Shown here piece by piece: positions 19,110 through 28,808 of a stretch of DNA of 64,000 bases. The notes beneath the pieces were generated by a model. It did not search any database. It worked only from the letters and a program-made list of their open reading frames with translations, and was not told where the DNA came from. This DNA is from Candidatus Sumerlaeia bacterium. GTDB taxonomy: Bacteria > Sumerlaeota > Sumerlaeia > SLMS01 > JANRJK01. Numbering within the stretch: the first letter of the stretch is position 1; each line of letters starts with the position of its first letter. The stretch spans positions 25,187 to 89,186 of the forward strand of contig JANRJK010000039.1 in the NCBI GenBank assembly GCA_033764015.1. The letters are read 5' to 3'. Position numbers and translations under genes: made by a program.

Positions 19110-19892
19110 TCACTTCGCCGCCGCGAGGGCGGTCGGGGAGTCGCCTGCGGCGCTGGAAACGGTCTGCGCGTCCGAGAACGCGAAGCGCGCGCCGATCAGC
19201 TCGACCAGCAGGCCGAACGTGTGGTTCAGCAACTGGTCGTTCGTCATGTCCTTCAACTCCGCGGGGACCTCGAAGCCGTCGAACGCCTCGCCCGCGCGCA
19301 GGATCGCCTTGCGGTGCGTGTCGAAGTGGTCGCGGAGCACCCGGGCGGTCGCGTCGTCGAGCGCGAGCTGGAGGTTCTTGAACGCCTCCTCCTGCGAGCG
19401 TTCGTCCGCCAGCGTCGGGAAGTCCTCCTTCAGCTTCGCCACGTACTTGTCGTTCAGGGCCGCGCCGCGCGTCGCCAGTTCCTCGTCGAACTTCAGCTTC
19501 AGGTCGGAGCCGAGCTGCACGGCCTCCGCCTCCAGCGTCGCCGCGATACGCTGCACCGCCACCGGGACCTCGTTCGCGACGGTCTCCTCGATGAACGGCT
19601 TCAGGTCCTTCTCGAACATGTCCTTGGCCTCGGCCTGCAGCTTGGGCGCGATCGACTCCTCGATCTGCTGCTGCATCGCCACGGCATAGTCCATGCGGCG
19701 GTTGTAGAGGTCGAGCAACGGCTCCAGGAGCCGGTACACGAGGAACAGCAGGATGACGCTGAGGATCACCGTCATCAGGCGTCCCGTGTTCTTTACGGAG
19801 GCGGAAACCTTGAGGTACTCGTCGAACCGGTCCTCGATGCGCCGGACCTGGCCCTCAATGTTCCCACCGGATGGGGTCCCCGTGGATGCCAT
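19110..19892 (-). CDS. Hypothetical single-TM, acidic alpha-helical protein (likely paralogue of neighbour)
   Basis: GGAGGT RBS before ATG 19892. TM (LMTVILSVILLFLVY), coiled-coil-like remainder. Confidence 0.75.
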   Translation of the reverse strand: MASTGTPSGGNIEGQVRRIEDRFDEYLKVSASVKNTGRLMTVILSVILLFLVYRLLEPLLDLYNRRMDYAVAMQQQIEESIAPKLQAEAKDMFEKDLKPFIEETVANEVPVAVQRIAATLEAEAVQLGSDLKLKFDEELATRGAALNDKYVAKLKEDFPTLADERSQEEAFKNLQLALDDATARVLRDHFDTHRKAILRAGEAFDGFEVPAELKDMTNDQLLNHTFGLLVELIGARFAFSDAQTVSSAAGDSPTALAAAK

Positions 19893-19970
19893 GGGGTACA
19901 CCTCCATGTTTGGGATTGTGCGTAAGCATTCACCGGGATGGTCAGGCGCTTCGGGCCGAAGGGGACAACG

Positions 19971-20000
19971 AAAAACCGCCGCTCCTTCCGGGACGGCGGT
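19971..20000 (-). terminator. Rho-independent terminator for the ychF-lipoprotein transcript
   Basis: Minus strand reads ACCGCCgtcccggaaggagcGGCGGT followed by TTTT. Confidence 0.65.
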
Positions 20001-20029
20001 CCTCCTGCGGGCGGTCCGTGGTCGGCGCG

Positions 20030-20896
20030 TCAGGGCTCGGTGTCGGATTCCAGCGCCACTTCGAGGCGGTCGATGACGAGGTTTCGCGCCGGGTCGCCCT
20101 TCGTTTGCACGATGCGCGCGGGCGGCGCGTCGGTTGCGTCGCCAGCCCACACGATGGCGATCTCGTTCACCGCGCCGTTGGCCCGGTTCGTCATGCGGCA
20201 GAGCGTCGCCCGGCCTTGCGCGTCGCGCTCCACCACCACCTCCGTCGATGCGGGATCCATCTTCTCGGCTGCGGCGACGTAGTCGCGCGCCAGCGCCTCC
20301 GGCAGGAGCTTCATCCGCATCGCCGCCGTGGGCAGGCCGGGCTCACCGACGCCGGCGCCCTCCGTCATCGAGCGCATCACGTAGTTCCCCGCGCCGTCGA
20401 ATCGGTACAGCACCCGGGCCTTCAGGTTCTGCGGCGCGGTCGGCGCGTCGTCCAGCGTCTCGGTGCCGTCCAGCGCGACGAGGTGCCGGACCGGACCCTC
20501 GACCGTTTCCAGCACCACGTCCTCCGCGCCGTCCGCGTACCGGTAAACCGTGGTCCGCTGCACTTGGTACGGGATGTCCCGCCCGGTCGCTTCGTCGCGG
20601 CGGCTCGGCAGGCGGAGCACGTAGGCGAGTTGCTTGCCGTCGCGCGTGCCCATGCCGCGCTTCAGTTCCGTGGAGGTCTTCGCGGGGAACTCGTTCCGCG
20701 AAGTGAAGACCAGTGTGCGGGCAAGCTCCTTGCCGGCGATCGGCACGTCGGTTACGACTTCGTTGTTCATGGCGGGAGTGGCCTCGGGTGGCGTGACGAT
20801 GTCGAGTTGCCTTGGCTTTCCGGGTTGTTCGTCGCGGCAGGCGGTCGCCGCCAGCGCCGCTAGGATGCAAAAAGTGATCGCGAAGGGCCGTATCAT
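20030..20896 (-). CDS. Hypothetical lipoprotein
   Basis: MIRPFAITFCILAALAATA-C lipobox-like signal, beta-rich mature part, 2 bp downstream of ychF. Confidence 0.7.
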   Translation of the reverse strand: MIRPFAITFCILAALAATACRDEQPGKPRQLDIVTPPEATPAMNNEVVTDVPIAGKELARTLVFTSRNEFPAKTSTELKRGMGTRDGKQLAYVLRLPSRRDEATGRDIPYQVQRTTVYRYADGAEDVVLETVEGPVRHLVALDGTETLDDAPTAPQNLKARVLYRFDGAGNYVMRSMTEGAGVGEPGLPTAAMRMKLLPEALARDYVAAAEKMDPASTEVVVERDAQGRATLCRMTNRANGAVNEIAIVWAGDATDAPPARIVQTKGDPARNLVIDRLEVALESDTEP

Positions 20897-20898
20897 GG

Positions 20899-21999
20899 TT
20901 ACGCCCCGACCCGGAAGAAGCACACGTCGCCGTCCTTCATGACGTACTCCTTCCCTTCCACGCGCAGCTTCCCGGCGTCCCGCGCGGCGTTCCAACTGCC
21001 CGCCGCGATCAAGTCGTCGTAGCCGACAACCTCCGCGCGGATATAGGTCTTCTCGAAGTCCGAGTGGATCACGCCGGCGCAGGCCGGCGCCTTCCAGCCG
21101 CGGTGGTACGTCCAGGCGCGGACCTCCTTTTCGCCGCCGGTGAAGAAGGTCTCCAGCCCCAGCAGGCGGTAAGCGGCGTGCGTCAGGCGGTCCAGCCCGC
21201 TCTCCGTGAGGCCCAACTCCACCAGGAAGTCCCGCTTCTCCTCCTCGGAAAGCTCGGCGATTTCGGATTCGACCTTCGCGGAGATGGAGACATGCTCGGC
21301 GCCGAGCGAGGCCGCGTGCGCCGCGACCGCCTTCACGCGGTCCAGTTCCTCCGCCCGCGCCACGTCGCCCTCGCCCACGTTGCACACGAAGAGGAAGGGC
21401 TTCGCCGTCAGCAGGCAAAGCTCCTTCAGCACCGCCGCCTCATCCTCATTCTCCGCGGCGACTCGGTTCGCGAGCTTCCCCGATTCCAAATGCGCCTTCA
21501 GCCGCGAGAGGAACTCGTATTCCTTCGCGGCGTCCTTGTGCGCCTTCGCCGCGCGCGAGGTGCGGTCGATCCGCTTCTCCAGCGTGGCGAGGTCGGCGAA
21601 GATCAGCTCGAGGTTGATGGTGTCGATGTCCGAAACCGGATCGATCTCCCCATGCACGTGGACCACGTCGTCGTCGTCGAAGCAGCGCACCACGCCGATG
21701 ATCGCGTCGACCTCGCGGATGTGCGAAAGGAACTGGTTGCCGAGGCCCTCGCCCTTAGACGCGCCCCGGACCAGTCCGGCGATGTCCACGAACTGGAAGG
21801 TCGTCGGGACGGTCTGCTTGGGCTTGAAGATGCCGGTCAGCACCGCGAGGCGGGAATCCGGCACCTCGACGATGCCCACATTGGGTTCGATGGTGCAGAA
21901 GGGGTAGTTGGCCGCCTCCGCGCCAGCATTGGTGATGGCGTTGAAGAGGGTGCTCTTGCCGACGTTGGGCAAACCGACGATTCCCGCCTGAAGCGGCAT
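20899..21999 (-). CDS. ychF: Redox-regulated ATPase YchF
   Basis: GIVGLPNVGKSTLFNA, ANYPFCTIEPN, DIAGLVRGASKGEGLGNQFL, TGS domain RVEGKEYVMKDGD. Confidence 0.97.
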   Translation of the reverse strand: MPLQAGIVGLPNVGKSTLFNAITNAGAEAANYPFCTIEPNVGIVEVPDSRLAVLTGIFKPKQTVPTTFQFVDIAGLVRGASKGEGLGNQFLSHIREVDAIIGVVRCFDDDDVVHVHGEIDPVSDIDTINLELIFADLATLEKRIDRTSRAAKAHKDAAKEYEFLSRLKAHLESGKLANRVAAENEDEAAVLKELCLLTAKPFLFVCNVGEGDVARAEELDRVKAVAAHAASLGAEHVSISAKVESEIAELSEEEKRDFLVELGLTESGLDRLTHAAYRLLGLETFFTGGEKEVRAWTYHRGWKAPACAGVIHSDFEKTYIRAEVVGYDDLIAAGSWNAARDAGKLRVEGKEYVMKDGDVCFFRVGA

Positions 22000-22099
22000 G
22001 GGGGCCTCGCTCTTGGAGTGGCTTTTGGGGGCCGGCGCGGCGGCCCGCCCCCCTTGATCGGTTCCCCCCGCCGCGCGGGCAAGAGCGGAACCGCCCCGG

Positions 22100-23635
22100 C
22101 TACCGGACTAGCAGTCCCTCGCCGCGCCGCGCGAGGTCCGTCTCCACGCGCATCGTCATCAGGAACCCGTCCGCCCCGCCGTTGCTGGTTCGCGCCGTTG
22201 CGTCCGGCGGCCCGAAAATGCAGATGCCCTCGAACGAGCCCGCCAGCACCAGGCGGCCGTCATTCATCAGCTTCAGGTGCGAAGCGGTCTCGTTGCCCGT
22301 GCCGCCGATCTGGTGGGCCGCGATCGCGCCGCCGTCCGAGACGCGGAAGAGCGCCACGACCATGTCGCTCCCCCCCCGCGATTCCAGAAACGGGAAGCCA
22401 AGGTAGGAGAGCGTGTTCTCGAACGAGGAGACGGTGGCGGCGAGTCCCGCGTCGGGGAGGTACACCAGGTCCTGGGCGTAGTTGGCCCCTTCGCTGTTCA
22501 AGGCGCTTACCCAAAGGAGGCGGCCGTCGCCCCGCCGGGCCTTGGCGATGAACGTATCGGTCGCGGAGCCGACAGTGTTGAGGACCCGCGTGCTTCCGTC
22601 CGCCATCTGGAAGCCCGCGCCGTTGCTGTAGTTCCCTGCGAAGAGGAAATCCCCCGAGGGCAGCGCCTCCACATGGAACGCGTCGTCCCCGAGCGTGCCT
22701 CCGTGAGCCAGCGCCCACACCAGTTCGCCGTCGCCGTCGAACTCCGCCGTGAGGATGTCGAAGTCGCCCGCGCCGGTGAGCGTCGCCTCCGACGGGCGCC
22801 CGCACGCGAGTTTCGAGGTTCCGCTGAACTTCCCCACCGTCACGATGTGGCCGTCGGCGAACCGCGACACCGCCGAATAGAAGTCCTCGCGCTCCCCGCA
22901 GTTCGCCGTCACCCACGCCAGCGACCCGTCGCCACGGTACTTCGCGATCGTGCCGTCGAAGAACTTGTTCGTCTCCGGGTGGGTGAACTGGTCCGGCTGC
23001 CCCGTGCGGAACGTCAGCGAGCCCCGTCCCCACACGCATGCGAAGAAATCCAGCCCGCGTCCTGGCGCGAACTCCCGGCAGAGGCTCGTCAGCGGCCCGC
23101 TGATCCATTCGGTCCATTCGAAGCCAAGCCCGCCCGGCTCCACCGCTAGCAGCACCGGATCGAAGGACCCATCCACCGAGGACAAGCTGTACGGCGTCGT
23201 CGTCTCGGCCCCGATGGTTGTGGCGCCGGAGACGCCCAGGCTTGCGAGGATCGTCCCGTCCGGAAGAGCGCCGAGCTCGGGCGCCTCCTGGATCTGCGGG
23301 CCCCGCGCCGTGAACACCCAGTCCACCGCGTTCGTGTCGATGTCCATGCGCGCGAAGAAGACGTCGCCGTTCCCTTGGTGCTGCAGGGTGAAAGAGCCCC
23401 CACCGGTCCGAGGGAGAGTGAAGTTTCCGTAATACGAACCCCCGAAGATCACATCCGAACCGCCTCCGTACGGGAGGATCGGGAATGCGAACTGGTCGTT
23501 CAGCGATCCGAAGGTCAGCACGCGGTCGGTCGTGATGGTCGTCTGCGCGCGGGCGGCGTGTGGCAATCCTGCAACGACAATCGAAGCGGCGCACAGTACG
23601 GCGCGCCGCGACCCCGGGAATCCAAATCGAAACAT
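22100..23635 (-). CDS. Secreted beta-propeller repeat protein (SBBP-like repeats)
   Basis: Signal peptide ending AARA-Q. About seven repeats of D-x-F/hydrophobic-x-A...DG...W (GDVFFARMD, FDGTIAKYRGDG.LAW, FDILTAEFDGDG.LVW, TDTFIAKARRGDG.LLW). Ends GEGLLVR. Confidence 0.75.
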   Translation of the reverse strand: MFRFGFPGSRRAVLCAASIVVAGLPHAARAQTTITTDRVLTFGSLNDQFAFPILPYGGGSDVIFGGSYYGNFTLPRTGGGSFTLQHQGNGDVFFARMDIDTNAVDWVFTARGPQIQEAPELGALPDGTILASLGVSGATTIGAETTTPYSLSSVDGSFDPVLLAVEPGGLGFEWTEWISGPLTSLCREFAPGRGLDFFACVWGRGSLTFRTGQPDQFTHPETNKFFDGTIAKYRGDGSLAWVTANCGEREDFYSAVSRFADGHIVTVGKFSGTSKLACGRPSEATLTGAGDFDILTAEFDGDGELVWALAHGGTLGDDAFHVEALPSGDFLFAGNYSNGAGFQMADGSTRVLNTVGSATDTFIAKARRGDGRLLWVSALNSEGANYAQDLVYLPDAGLAATVSSFENTLSYLGFPFLESRGGSDMVVALFRVSDGGAIAAHQIGGTGNETASHLKLMNDGRLVLAGSFEGICIFGPPDATARTSNGGADGFLMTMRVETDLARRGEGLLVR

Positions 23636-23694
23636 AAGGCCACCCCCTCGAATCCGCCTCGCGGGCGAAAAGCCTGCCAGTGGCGGCTTGTCCG

Positions 23695-24804
23695 CTAACC
23701 TCCCGCCGCTTCCCGGCGCGCCTGCTCCACGGCCCGGTGAGGCGCCAACTTCTCCAGCACCTCCTCTAGCAGCCCCCGGTGCGCCGCCACCCACGCGTGC
23801 AGCCTCCGGACGCCCTCCTCGGGACCGGTCTTCGGATCCCAGTCGAGCTCGCGGCGCGCCTTCGAGATATTGCTGTAGTACGCGCGCTGGTCCCCCGGGC
23901 GCCAGTCCGCATAACCGACATGCGGATGGTGGTGGCCGAGCTTCTCGAGCAGCACCAGCAAGCGCCGCAGCGTGAGCCGCTGGTTCGGTCCGCCGCCGAC
24001 GTTGTACACTTGGCCGGCCGCCGTTTCGATCCGCTCGACGGCGCGCTCGTAAAGCGCCACCAGGTCGTCGATCCACAGCACATCGCGGACCTGGTAGCCA
24101 TCCCCGTAAACGGTGATGCGCCGGTCGAGCAAGCTCGCGATCGCGAACCAGGCGACCCAGCCCTGGTCCTCGATGCCGAGTTGGTGCGTGCCGAAGATGC
24201 ACGATTGGCGGAACACCACGGTGGGCATCTTGTAGATACGGTGGAAGTCGCGGCAGTACTGGTCCGCCGCCCCCTTCGAACAGCCGTAGGGGGAGTGGAA
24301 GTCGAGCGGCTGCGACTCGTCGATCCCCGCTCGGCCGTCCTTGTAGGCGTACCACTCCGCGGAGGGGTCGAAGGCGATTCCGACCTCCTCCATGCCCCCG
24401 TAGACCTTGTTCGTCGACGGATACACCACGGGGATGGAGCGGTCCACTTCGCGCACCGCTTCCAGCACGTTGAAGGTGCCGAGCGCGTTCACCTCGAAGT
24501 CGAGCCGGGGCTTGGCGATCGACGTGGTGACGGCCACCTGCGAGGCTTGGTGGAAGAGCGCCGACTTGCCGCGGGGCGCCTCCGACAGCACGCGGACGAG
24601 CGCCGCCCCATCGCGGATATCCTCGTTCCGGAACCGGATCGAGGGGTAGTCCCGCAGCAGCAACTCGAGGTTCTGCCGCGTGCCCGGCCGCGAAAGGTTG
24701 TCCACGACATCGACCGTGGCCCCCTTGGAGGCGACCGCACGGGCGAGGTGCGATCCGATGAACCCGGCTCCGCCGGTGATGATGAAGTGGTTGTATTTAG
24801 CCAT
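23695..24804 (-). CDS. NAD-dependent epimerase, CDP-paratose 2-epimerase (RfbE/Tyv)-like
   Basis: ITGGAGFIGSH, QVAVTTS, STNKVYG, SPYGCSKGAADQY, FRQSCIFG..Q.G.EDQGWVAWF, WRPGDQ. Confidence 0.85.
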   Translation of the reverse strand: MAKYNHFIITGGAGFIGSHLARAVASKGATVDVVDNLSRPGTRQNLELLLRDYPSIRFRNEDIRDGAALVRVLSEAPRGKSALFHQASQVAVTTSIAKPRLDFEVNALGTFNVLEAVREVDRSIPVVYPSTNKVYGGMEEVGIAFDPSAEWYAYKDGRAGIDESQPLDFHSPYGCSKGAADQYCRDFHRIYKMPTVVFRQSCIFGTHQLGIEDQGWVAWFAIASLLDRRITVYGDGYQVRDVLWIDDLVALYERAVERIETAAGQVYNVGGGPNQRLTLRRLLVLLEKLGHHHPHVGYADWRPGDQRAYYSNISKARRELDWDPKTGPEEGVRRLHAWVAAHRGLLEEVLEKLAPHRAVEQARREAAGG

Positions 24805-25017
24805 GCGCGCCGCGCTGCCTGCCTTTTCAACGCCGTCTTTTCGGTCCGAAAGCCGAACGAAGCCAAGGCGATTCGCCCGTACCGGAAATAATGCGACAAA
24901 TCGACGCTCCATTGGACAAACTTTGGGCAGGCCGCATGATTCCGGTGGACAGTGGCGCACCCTCCGAAGATGGTGATAAGCGCTTTATCGACAGGAAACC
25001 GGACCCGGAACCTCAAA

Positions 25018-26214
25018 ATGATCCCCTCCCTGAAGCACCTCGCCGGCGGCATCCTCGCCACCATCGCCCTCACGCTCGCGACAAACCACCTCCCCGCGCA
25101 GCGAATCGAAGCGGTCCCGCTGCCGCTGGAGTACAGCCCCACCGGCGTCCTCTTCCGCGTCAAGGCACCCGGCGCCCAGTCGGTCTTTGTCGCCGGCACG
25201 TTCAACGGCTGGGGCGGGTCCGACGGCTCCACCATCAGCGACCCCTCGACGCGCATGTACGGCCCCGACGAGAACGGCGTCTTCGAGTACTTCGTCAGCC
25301 TCACGCCCGGCACCCACGTCTTCAAGTACGCCATCAACGGCAACCAGTGGATCCCGGGGCCGCCGAACCTGCCGCGCATGAAGGACGACTTCGACACGAC
25401 CCCGGGCCAGGGCGACCAGTCCGGCTCCGCGTTCGACTTCTCCCTCGAGGAACCGCCCTGGCCCTCCTACGTTCCCACGGTCGAGATGATGCCGGCCGTG
25501 GTCATCCACCAGGAGACCGGCGAGCCGTTCCTCCGCGTGCGCTTCTTCAGCCGCTACGCGACGACGGCCCACATCGTGGGCGGGCACGACGGCTGGGGCG
25601 GCATCTCCAACCGCGCCGTCTTCTCCGACTGGCACAAGATGCAGCCCACGCGCGTTCCCAATGTGTGGCAGAAGTACATCGGCCCGCTGAAGGAAGGGTT
25701 CCAAGAGTACAAGATCGTCGCCAACAACCGCCAGTGGCTCTCCGACCCGTCCGTTTCGGAGATGAGCCAGGACGGCAACACGATGATCCGCATCTCGAAG
25801 GCCACCGGCACATGGCAGGCCACCTACACCCCGCGCTTCGACCCGAACGCGAAGCGGCAGGACACCAAGAGCCGCTGGGGCAACGACCTCGTCTGGGAGG
25901 ACGACCGCAACACGGGCTTCGCGCAGGCGCAGCTCATGCAGCAGCGCATGCTCTGGGTCATCAGCCTGCCGCAGTCGGGCCTAAGCGAGTCGCTGATGAA
26001 GAACATCAACGGCGATGCGGAACTGGTCGGCATGCTCTCGGGATCGACGATCTGCCTGGAGACCCCGGCGCACGAGGTGCTCGACATCATCCGCGGGCGC
26101 ATGATCCAGCGCCTCCCCTATGTCGTTCTCGTGGACTCCAGCTACCGACCCGTCTGGGAGAAGTTCAATCCGGGCACGGACGAGTTGAAGGAGCAGTTGC
26201 GCAACTTGAAGTAG
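25018..26214 (+). CDS. Secreted protein with two CBM48/glycogen-binding-like domains and a C-terminal thioredoxin-like domain
   Basis: Signal peptide. Domain 1: APGAQSVFVAGTFNGW...LTPGTHVFKYAING.QW. Domain 2: AHIVGGHDGW...EGFQEYKIVAN..QWLSDP. C-terminal LVWEDD...I.RLPYVVLVD with no CxxC. Confidence 0.7.
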   Translation: MIPSLKHLAGGILATIALTLATNHLPAQRIEAVPLPLEYSPTGVLFRVKAPGAQSVFVAGTFNGWGGSDGSTISDPSTRMYGPDENGVFEYFVSLTPGTHVFKYAINGNQWIPGPPNLPRMKDDFDTTPGQGDQSGSAFDFSLEEPPWPSYVPTVEMMPAVVIHQETGEPFLRVRFFSRYATTAHIVGGHDGWGGISNRAVFSDWHKMQPTRVPNVWQKYIGPLKEGFQEYKIVANNRQWLSDPSVSEMSQDGNTMIRISKATGTWQATYTPRFDPNAKRQDTKSRWGNDLVWEDDRNTGFAQAQLMQQRMLWVISLPQSGLSESLMKNINGDAELVGMLSGSTICLETPAHEVLDIIRGRMIQRLPYVVLVDSSYRPVWEKFNPGTDELKEQLRNLK

Positions 26215-26237
26215 CCGCGCCCGCGCTGCCCCCGGGC

Positions 26238-27218
26238 TCATGGCGCCTCCGCCTCCACCGGCGGAGGCGCTTTGCGTTGGCGGGCGGCGTCGACCTCCGC
26301 CGCCTCGCCGGAATCGATCGGTCCCGGCGCCCAGTTCAAACCGCCCGGCACCAGCTCCAGCCGGTTCCCCCGTTCATCGACGAACCGCAGGTCCCGCACC
26401 TTCCGGTCCGCGGTGTAGACGTGCCGCGCGGTCCGGTCCCATACCCGCAGCGGGCCGTCGTCGCAGACCACGGCGAGCCAGCGACTGCTCGCGGATTGGC
26501 GCAGGAGCGCCGCCGCCTTGCAGGCACCCCCTTCGAGCAGCGTCTCGCCCTCCGCAAACCGCACCGCCCCCCCGCGATCCAGCAGCAATAGGCTGGCTGA
26601 CCCCGCCTCCGACGCGAACGTCATCGCGTCGCCCGGCTCCAGGCGCGCGATCGGCTCCGCCATGAACGTCTCGAAAGGCATCGCGTGCAGCGCGCGGTCG
26701 TCCTTCAGGAAGTACACCCCCCGGAGCGCGGGGTCCCACTCGAGCTGCCACACGGCGCCGAGCTCCGCCGGCAATTCGCCGCGCAACGATTGATTGCGCA
26801 GCACCCAGATCCGTACCGCGCCCGCGATCGAGCCGGTGGCGAGCATACGCCCGTCCGGCGAGAACCGCAGCGCCGTCACGGTCTCCGAGTGGGGGCGGAA
26901 GTTGAACAGCTCGTCGCCGGTGGTGGAGAGGACGACGAACACGCGGCCGGACTCGTCGCCGACGGCCGCGAGGTTCCCGGGTGTGGAAAGGTCGAGCGCG
27001 GTCCACGCCGCCCCCTCCAGCGGCGTGTCCCAAGCCACCGTCCGCGTTTCCATGTCGATGAGCAGGAGCCGCTCCGGGAGCGTGGTGGCGCCCCAGCGGC
27101 CCGCCTCGTCGACCGCCACCAACCGTGTCTCGCCCTCCACGATGGGAAAGCCCTTCGCAGGGTAATCCGCCGCGTGGGCGGCCGCCGCGGCGCCGCACGC
27201 CAGGAGCGCCGCACGCAG
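26238..27218 (-). CDS. WD40-repeat protein, probably exported (start uncertain)
   Basis: HSETVTALRFSPDGRMLATGSIAGAVRIW is a canonical WD40 unit with neighbouring repeats. Signal-like LRAALLACGAAAAAHA-A. No clean ATG/GTG found. Confidence 0.7.
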   Translation of the reverse strand: MRAALLACGAAAAAHAADYPAKGFPIVEGETRLVAVDEAGRWGATTLPERLLLIDMETRTVAWDTPLEGAAWTALDLSTPGNLAAVGDESGRVFVVLSTTGDELFNFRPHSETVTALRFSPDGRMLATGSIAGAVRIWVLRNQSLRGELPAELGAVWQLEWDPALRGVYFLKDDRALHAMPFETFMAEPIARLEPGDAMTFASEAGSASLLLLDRGGAVRFAEGETLLEGGACKAAALLRQSASSRWLAVVCDDGPLRVWDRTARHVYTADRKVRDLRFVDERGNRLELVPGGLNWAPGPIDSGEAAEVDAARQRKAPPPVEAEAP

Positions 27219-27306
27219 CTTGCGCCAGCGGGCGCGCCGTTCGATAAACCGAACGCGCGCCCACCCTGCGGCGCGCCGCCTTCCCGCACACGGAGTGACT
27301 GCCAAG

Positions 27307-28788
27307 ATGCCGAACGCCCTGTCCGCCATGAGGCGCATCCTCCTCGCGGCCCTCGCCGCGGCCACCGCCTGCGCGGCCCCCGCCGGGCCTGTGGTCATCA
27401 GTGTGTCGCAGGAGACCCAGTTTGGCCAGAGCGTTTTCGTCTCCTCGCCGCGCCTCGAAACCGGGCTCGGCGACATCACCAAGTCCGTCAAGCTCTCGCC
27501 GCACAACTACCCGGTCTGGAGCGTGACGCTCGATCTCCCCGCGGGCGCGCAGATCACTCCCCAGTTCTACCTGCGCAGCGACGCCGCCGCGGACCTCGGC
27601 GGCGCGGCGAATGGCACCCTTGCCTCGACCGGGAGCACGCTCACGGCCGGCGCCGCCGACGATACGCCCACGACGATCACGATCTACCCTGCGCAAGCGT
27701 CGGACGTCGCGCTCGTCACGGTCATCTCCGCCAACGGCGGCGGGACCGTTGCGCAAATCCCCATGACACGGAACGACGCGAACGGCTTGGTGCGCTACGA
27801 GGCCCAACTCCCCGCCGTGCACGCCCGCGACCGCCACATGATGCAGGCTTCCGTCGGCGGGACGCTTTACCCCTCGGACGGCTACGTGCGCGTGAACCCT
27901 GCTCCGACCTGGTGGCGCTTCGGGCAGGGGTTCCTCTACGACCCCGCGACGATGACCGCCGCCCCCGCGGCCGCGCGGACCACCACGTTCACGTTCCAGC
28001 CCACCGCGGTCCCCGGCGGAGGCTCCGCGTTCGGCTCGCGGACGATCCGCGTCCAGCTTCCCCGCGGCTACGATGCCGCGACAAAGGCGTACCCGGTCCT
28101 CTATGCGCAGGACGGCCAGAACGTCTTCGCGCCCGGCGGACCATTCGGCTCCTGGGACCTCGATGTCGCCGTCCGCACTCTGACCAACAGGGCGGAGATG
28201 CCCGAAGTCATTTTGGTCGGCATCGACAACACCAGCGGCCGGTTCGCCGAGTACACGCCCGAGTACGGCAACATCAGCGGCACGCAAGGGCGCGGCGGCG
28301 AGTTCCTGACCATGCTCCGTGACCAGCTCCTCCCCGAGGTCGAAAGCCGCTACCGAGTCCTGCAGGGCCCGGAGAACACCGCCCACATCGGCAGCTCCCT
28401 CGGAGGACTCCTCGGCTTCCACGCGGCCAACGAGTTCGAGGACACCTGGGGCTCCGTGGTCGCCATGTCGCCCAGCTTCCAAGTGAACTCTACGGAGAAC
28501 TTCCGCCGCGCGCTCTTCGCGCCCGCGGAGTTCGGCCGCCTCTACATCGACTCCGGCAACACCGGCACCTCGGCGGACGGCTACGCGAACACGGTCACCG
28601 TGCGCGACCGGCGCCTCGAGGCGGGCGAGCCCCTCGGCGAGCGCTTCTGGCACACCGTCGGCCTCGGCATGCAGCACAACGAGGCCGCATGGCGCCAGCG
28701 CTCGCCCGACGCGCTGCGCTGGCTCTACTCGCCCGCGCTGCGGGAGGCGTCCCAGCCCTCCGCCGCGAGCGGCCTCCTGATCTTCTAG
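27307..28788 (+). CDS. Secreted esterase (Fes/IroE-like alpha/beta hydrolase) with N-terminal CBM20-like starch-binding domain
   Basis: Signal peptide. ETQFGQSVFV...LG...VKLSPHNYPVWSVTLDLP is CBM20-like. Also YPVLYAQDGQN, GSSLGG, YIDSG, HNEAAW.R. Ends SGLLIF. Confidence 0.8.
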   Translation: MPNALSAMRRILLAALAAATACAAPAGPVVISVSQETQFGQSVFVSSPRLETGLGDITKSVKLSPHNYPVWSVTLDLPAGAQITPQFYLRSDAAADLGGAANGTLASTGSTLTAGAADDTPTTITIYPAQASDVALVTVISANGGGTVAQIPMTRNDANGLVRYEAQLPAVHARDRHMMQASVGGTLYPSDGYVRVNPAPTWWRFGQGFLYDPATMTAAPAAARTTTFTFQPTAVPGGGSAFGSRTIRVQLPRGYDAATKAYPVLYAQDGQNVFAPGGPFGSWDLDVAVRTLTNRAEMPEVILVGIDNTSGRFAEYTPEYGNISGTQGRGGEFLTMLRDQLLPEVESRYRVLQGPENTAHIGSSLGGLLGFHAANEFEDTWGSVVAMSPSFQVNSTENFRRALFAPAEFGRLYIDSGNTGTSADGYANTVTVRDRRLEAGEPLGERFWHTVGLGMQHNEAAWRQRSPDALRWLYSPALREASQPSAASGLLIF

Positions 28789-28808
28789 ACCAATCGAAAG
28801 GCAACGCC

